Of a DNA stretch of 64,000 bases, positions 1 to 64,000 are shown one piece after another. The DNA is taken from the NCBI GenBank assembly GCA_030141605.1, contig JAQGDQ010000102.1:229676-293675 (forward strand). Reading direction: 5' to 3'. The notes beneath the pieces were generated by a model. The model saw nothing but the letters and a program-made list of their open reading frames with translations, made no database searches and was not told the origin of the DNA. This DNA comes from Tubiluchus corallicola (taxonomy: Eukaryota > Animalia > Priapulida). Numbering within the stretch: the stretch's first letter is position 1; the number at the start of each line of letters is the position of its first letter. A program made the translations under genes and the position numbers.

Positions 1-473
1 AAACCTTGGCAGTATATTATTTTTTTCTTAATTTTTGCTATTATCTATGCTGCCACAGTAGAATATAAAGATAACTAATCACAAAATTAGTCTTTAAATA
101 GGTTTATATGCGTATATAGTCTTTTAAATACTGATATATTGCAAAGTATTTGATTTTTTCTTCTGGTTTTCTGTACTGCAGTTGAGGTTACCTAAATATT
201 ATAACATCGTAGTTACACTGACAGTCAGTAACACACTACAAATGTAACTACTTCTTTAATCTACGAAATTGCATAAAAATGGCAAGAAAATGTGTTTCTA
301 ATATTGTCGCCATCTGCCTCTTTGCTACAGTTATCTATGACCGTCAAATGTTTGAATAATAGTAGGCCTTACACCTGGGCCATCTTTAATTAGCAGTTTT
401 CACAGTTATGCTCATGGCTTGGGTTAACACATGCACAAGTTATACTGTCCTAAGATGTAGTGTAATATACTGA

Positions 474-62083
<61,610 letters not shown>

Positions 62084-62348
62084 CCTTACCTTTGCCCTGA
62101 TTAACTTCTTTTACTCTAAACCGTTAAAATCAAGTGTTGGTGATGTTACCTATTGTAACTAACCTTTCTTGCTGCTGTGTGAGTGATACTCTTCAGGCAT
62201 AATCATGTAAATAAGTGATTCCTATGCTGTCTCACATTTGATCAAGCTAAACAGTCATTAGTTTTAACTCATCCATGAGGCATGGTTTTTTGACGTGTGT
62301 GCTGTTTATTACGCATAATGATTTTAGCGAAACATAAATAATCATGTG

Positions 62349-62354
62349 AATAAA
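62349..62354 (+). terminator. Candidate DAPK polyadenylation signal AATAAA (another overlapping pair at 63297..63306)
   Basis: AATAAA about 265 nt after the stop, followed by a T-rich tract. The motif is common in AT-rich DNA. Confidence 0.4.
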
Positions 62355-64000
62355 TTTTCTTATTTTTATTTTCTTATGTTGACTCTGCAGTGATCCTAAC
62401 TGTGCTTCCATTGATGGTTTATATTTATCAAACAGCTTGTCTTCCTTATGTTGGCTTTCAGGGGTATTTTAGACTGCTCAGGTTTACTATTGTATTATAC
62501 ATTATAGTTGCTAATGAATGCTATTGCTAAATAGCAAACCTATTTTACTGATATTTCGTTTGCTTCAGTAATGATTTCAACAGACAGTGGCATGTGCTGT
62601 GAACAATTTGATATGGTGTTTAAAGCATGGCGGTCATCCATAAGAAGGCAATGTGAGATGGCGTTTGTTTAATTACGACAAAATATATAATTAAATTATT
62701 GTTGCTTAATCCAGCCCTATGGCATTTGATTTTTCATCTTTGTTCAGTACCACATGCACACTTTTAGTGAAGCTGATTGAGCTCATCTGAAGTTTCGGAC
62801 AATTAGTAATTTTTGTTGTTAGTGTGTCAAAATAATCATGCAACAAATCAACGTTGTTAAATTTGTCAAATTAATTTCGATAGAAGAAGAGCGTGAACTT
62901 GTTGGCTGTGAAAACTCCTTTGCAAGTGAAAGCAGAAGTAAAATCTATTATTTTTAGAAATTTCATAACTATTTTATTCATATTTGTTCATTCTCAAATT
63001 ATAAATGAAAGGTAGGCAGTATTTTAAAACTGATGTTAGTTGCAATGCCATAGACATCTGTATATTATACGTTCTGAATTATAACAACTTTACGTAACAC
63101 AAAAGTAGTTCTAAAATTCATCAAGAATACAGATAGATGTAAGTAAAAAAGAGAGACTTGTATTTTCTTACATCATGCAGTCACGTTTTGTTATGCATTG
63201 TTTCTAGCAGAATCTTGTAAAGTTCATTTTGTATCTTGCCTGAGGTCCTTACATCAGCTTCGCTGTTGACCAAAGGTCACGTTACGTAGGAAAAGTAATA
63301 AATAAAAATATGCTTATAAAGAAACTAGCAAACATACAACAAACCAGAATAACTACCAACGTTACAGTGGATCGAAACTTCATTAATTTGAATGAAATAA
63401 TCTAAATTTAAATTTTTGCCAATGTTACTGGCGTTTATTCATATTTTATAAATATAAGTTTATTCTATAATCGCTTGGAAATAATATTTGCTGTTATCAA
63501 AGGCACAATTTAGACAGACGGTCAAATGTAATCCATGACATATTGATTATTACTATGCGTTACTGTTGAGTATAGCACAAGTATCTGGTTGTTTGTTGAT
63601 CTAAGTTTTTATGTTTTACCTTGTTAAATTTTTATTTATGTATCTTATATTCTAGCTAATACTCTTATTTGATTGAAAATACATCAGTTTTACCACTTTG
63701 AATGTTGTTTGGACATTCATAATTTTTTTTACATATAAAACTTTGATTGTGTGCTTTATGCCTATCAATACCATTTCATTTTGCCTAAAAAACTATATAA
63801 ATATCCATCACGAGATGTCAGGTCATTAACACATATTCACTAGATGGTATCTGCCGTCTTAGTTTCCAGTTAAAAACTTCATTCGTTTCAAGACGTTGCA
63901 TAATAATCGCCTTCTCTTTTCAGTGTTTCTGTGCAAAAACGGGTTACTGTGACAACGTGCTAATTACTTCTTGCTAATTAGGTAGTTGTGACAATATGGC

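Overview
AT-rich animal (invertebrate-type) genomic DNA; no prokaryotic features, CRISPR array or recognisable rRNA/tRNA. Almost the whole window is one + strand gene, a death-associated protein kinase (DAPK1-like). I reconstructed 20 coding exons by hand (503..62083, all GT-AG, reading frame continuous, about 1194 codons): kinase C-lobe end, calmodulin-binding/autoinhibitory segment, ankyrin repeats, ROC-COR, death domain and Ser-rich tail. The kinase N-terminal exons lie upstream of the window. Three genes with uninterrupted coding regions are nested in its introns: a same-strand FMRFamide-receptor-like GPCR (6412..7734), an antisense GT8/GXYLT-like glycosyltransferase (10595..11773) and an antisense class A GPCR broken by one extra base in a homopolymer (41885..42866). 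The 23.4 kb intron between the kinase/CaM module and the ankyrin-ROC-death module holds a candidate 45-nt cassette exon and several candidate phase-0 alternative first exons, one behind a triple CRE cluster, suggesting kinase-less isoforms. This is inference and needs RNA data. The introns also contain Tigger, hAT, Tc1/mariner, Kolobok-like and Mutator-like non-autonomous elements, a LINE 3' remnant, a young Helitron-like palindromic insertion, and several mini- and microsatellites. Family assignments come from motif recognition, not database searches.
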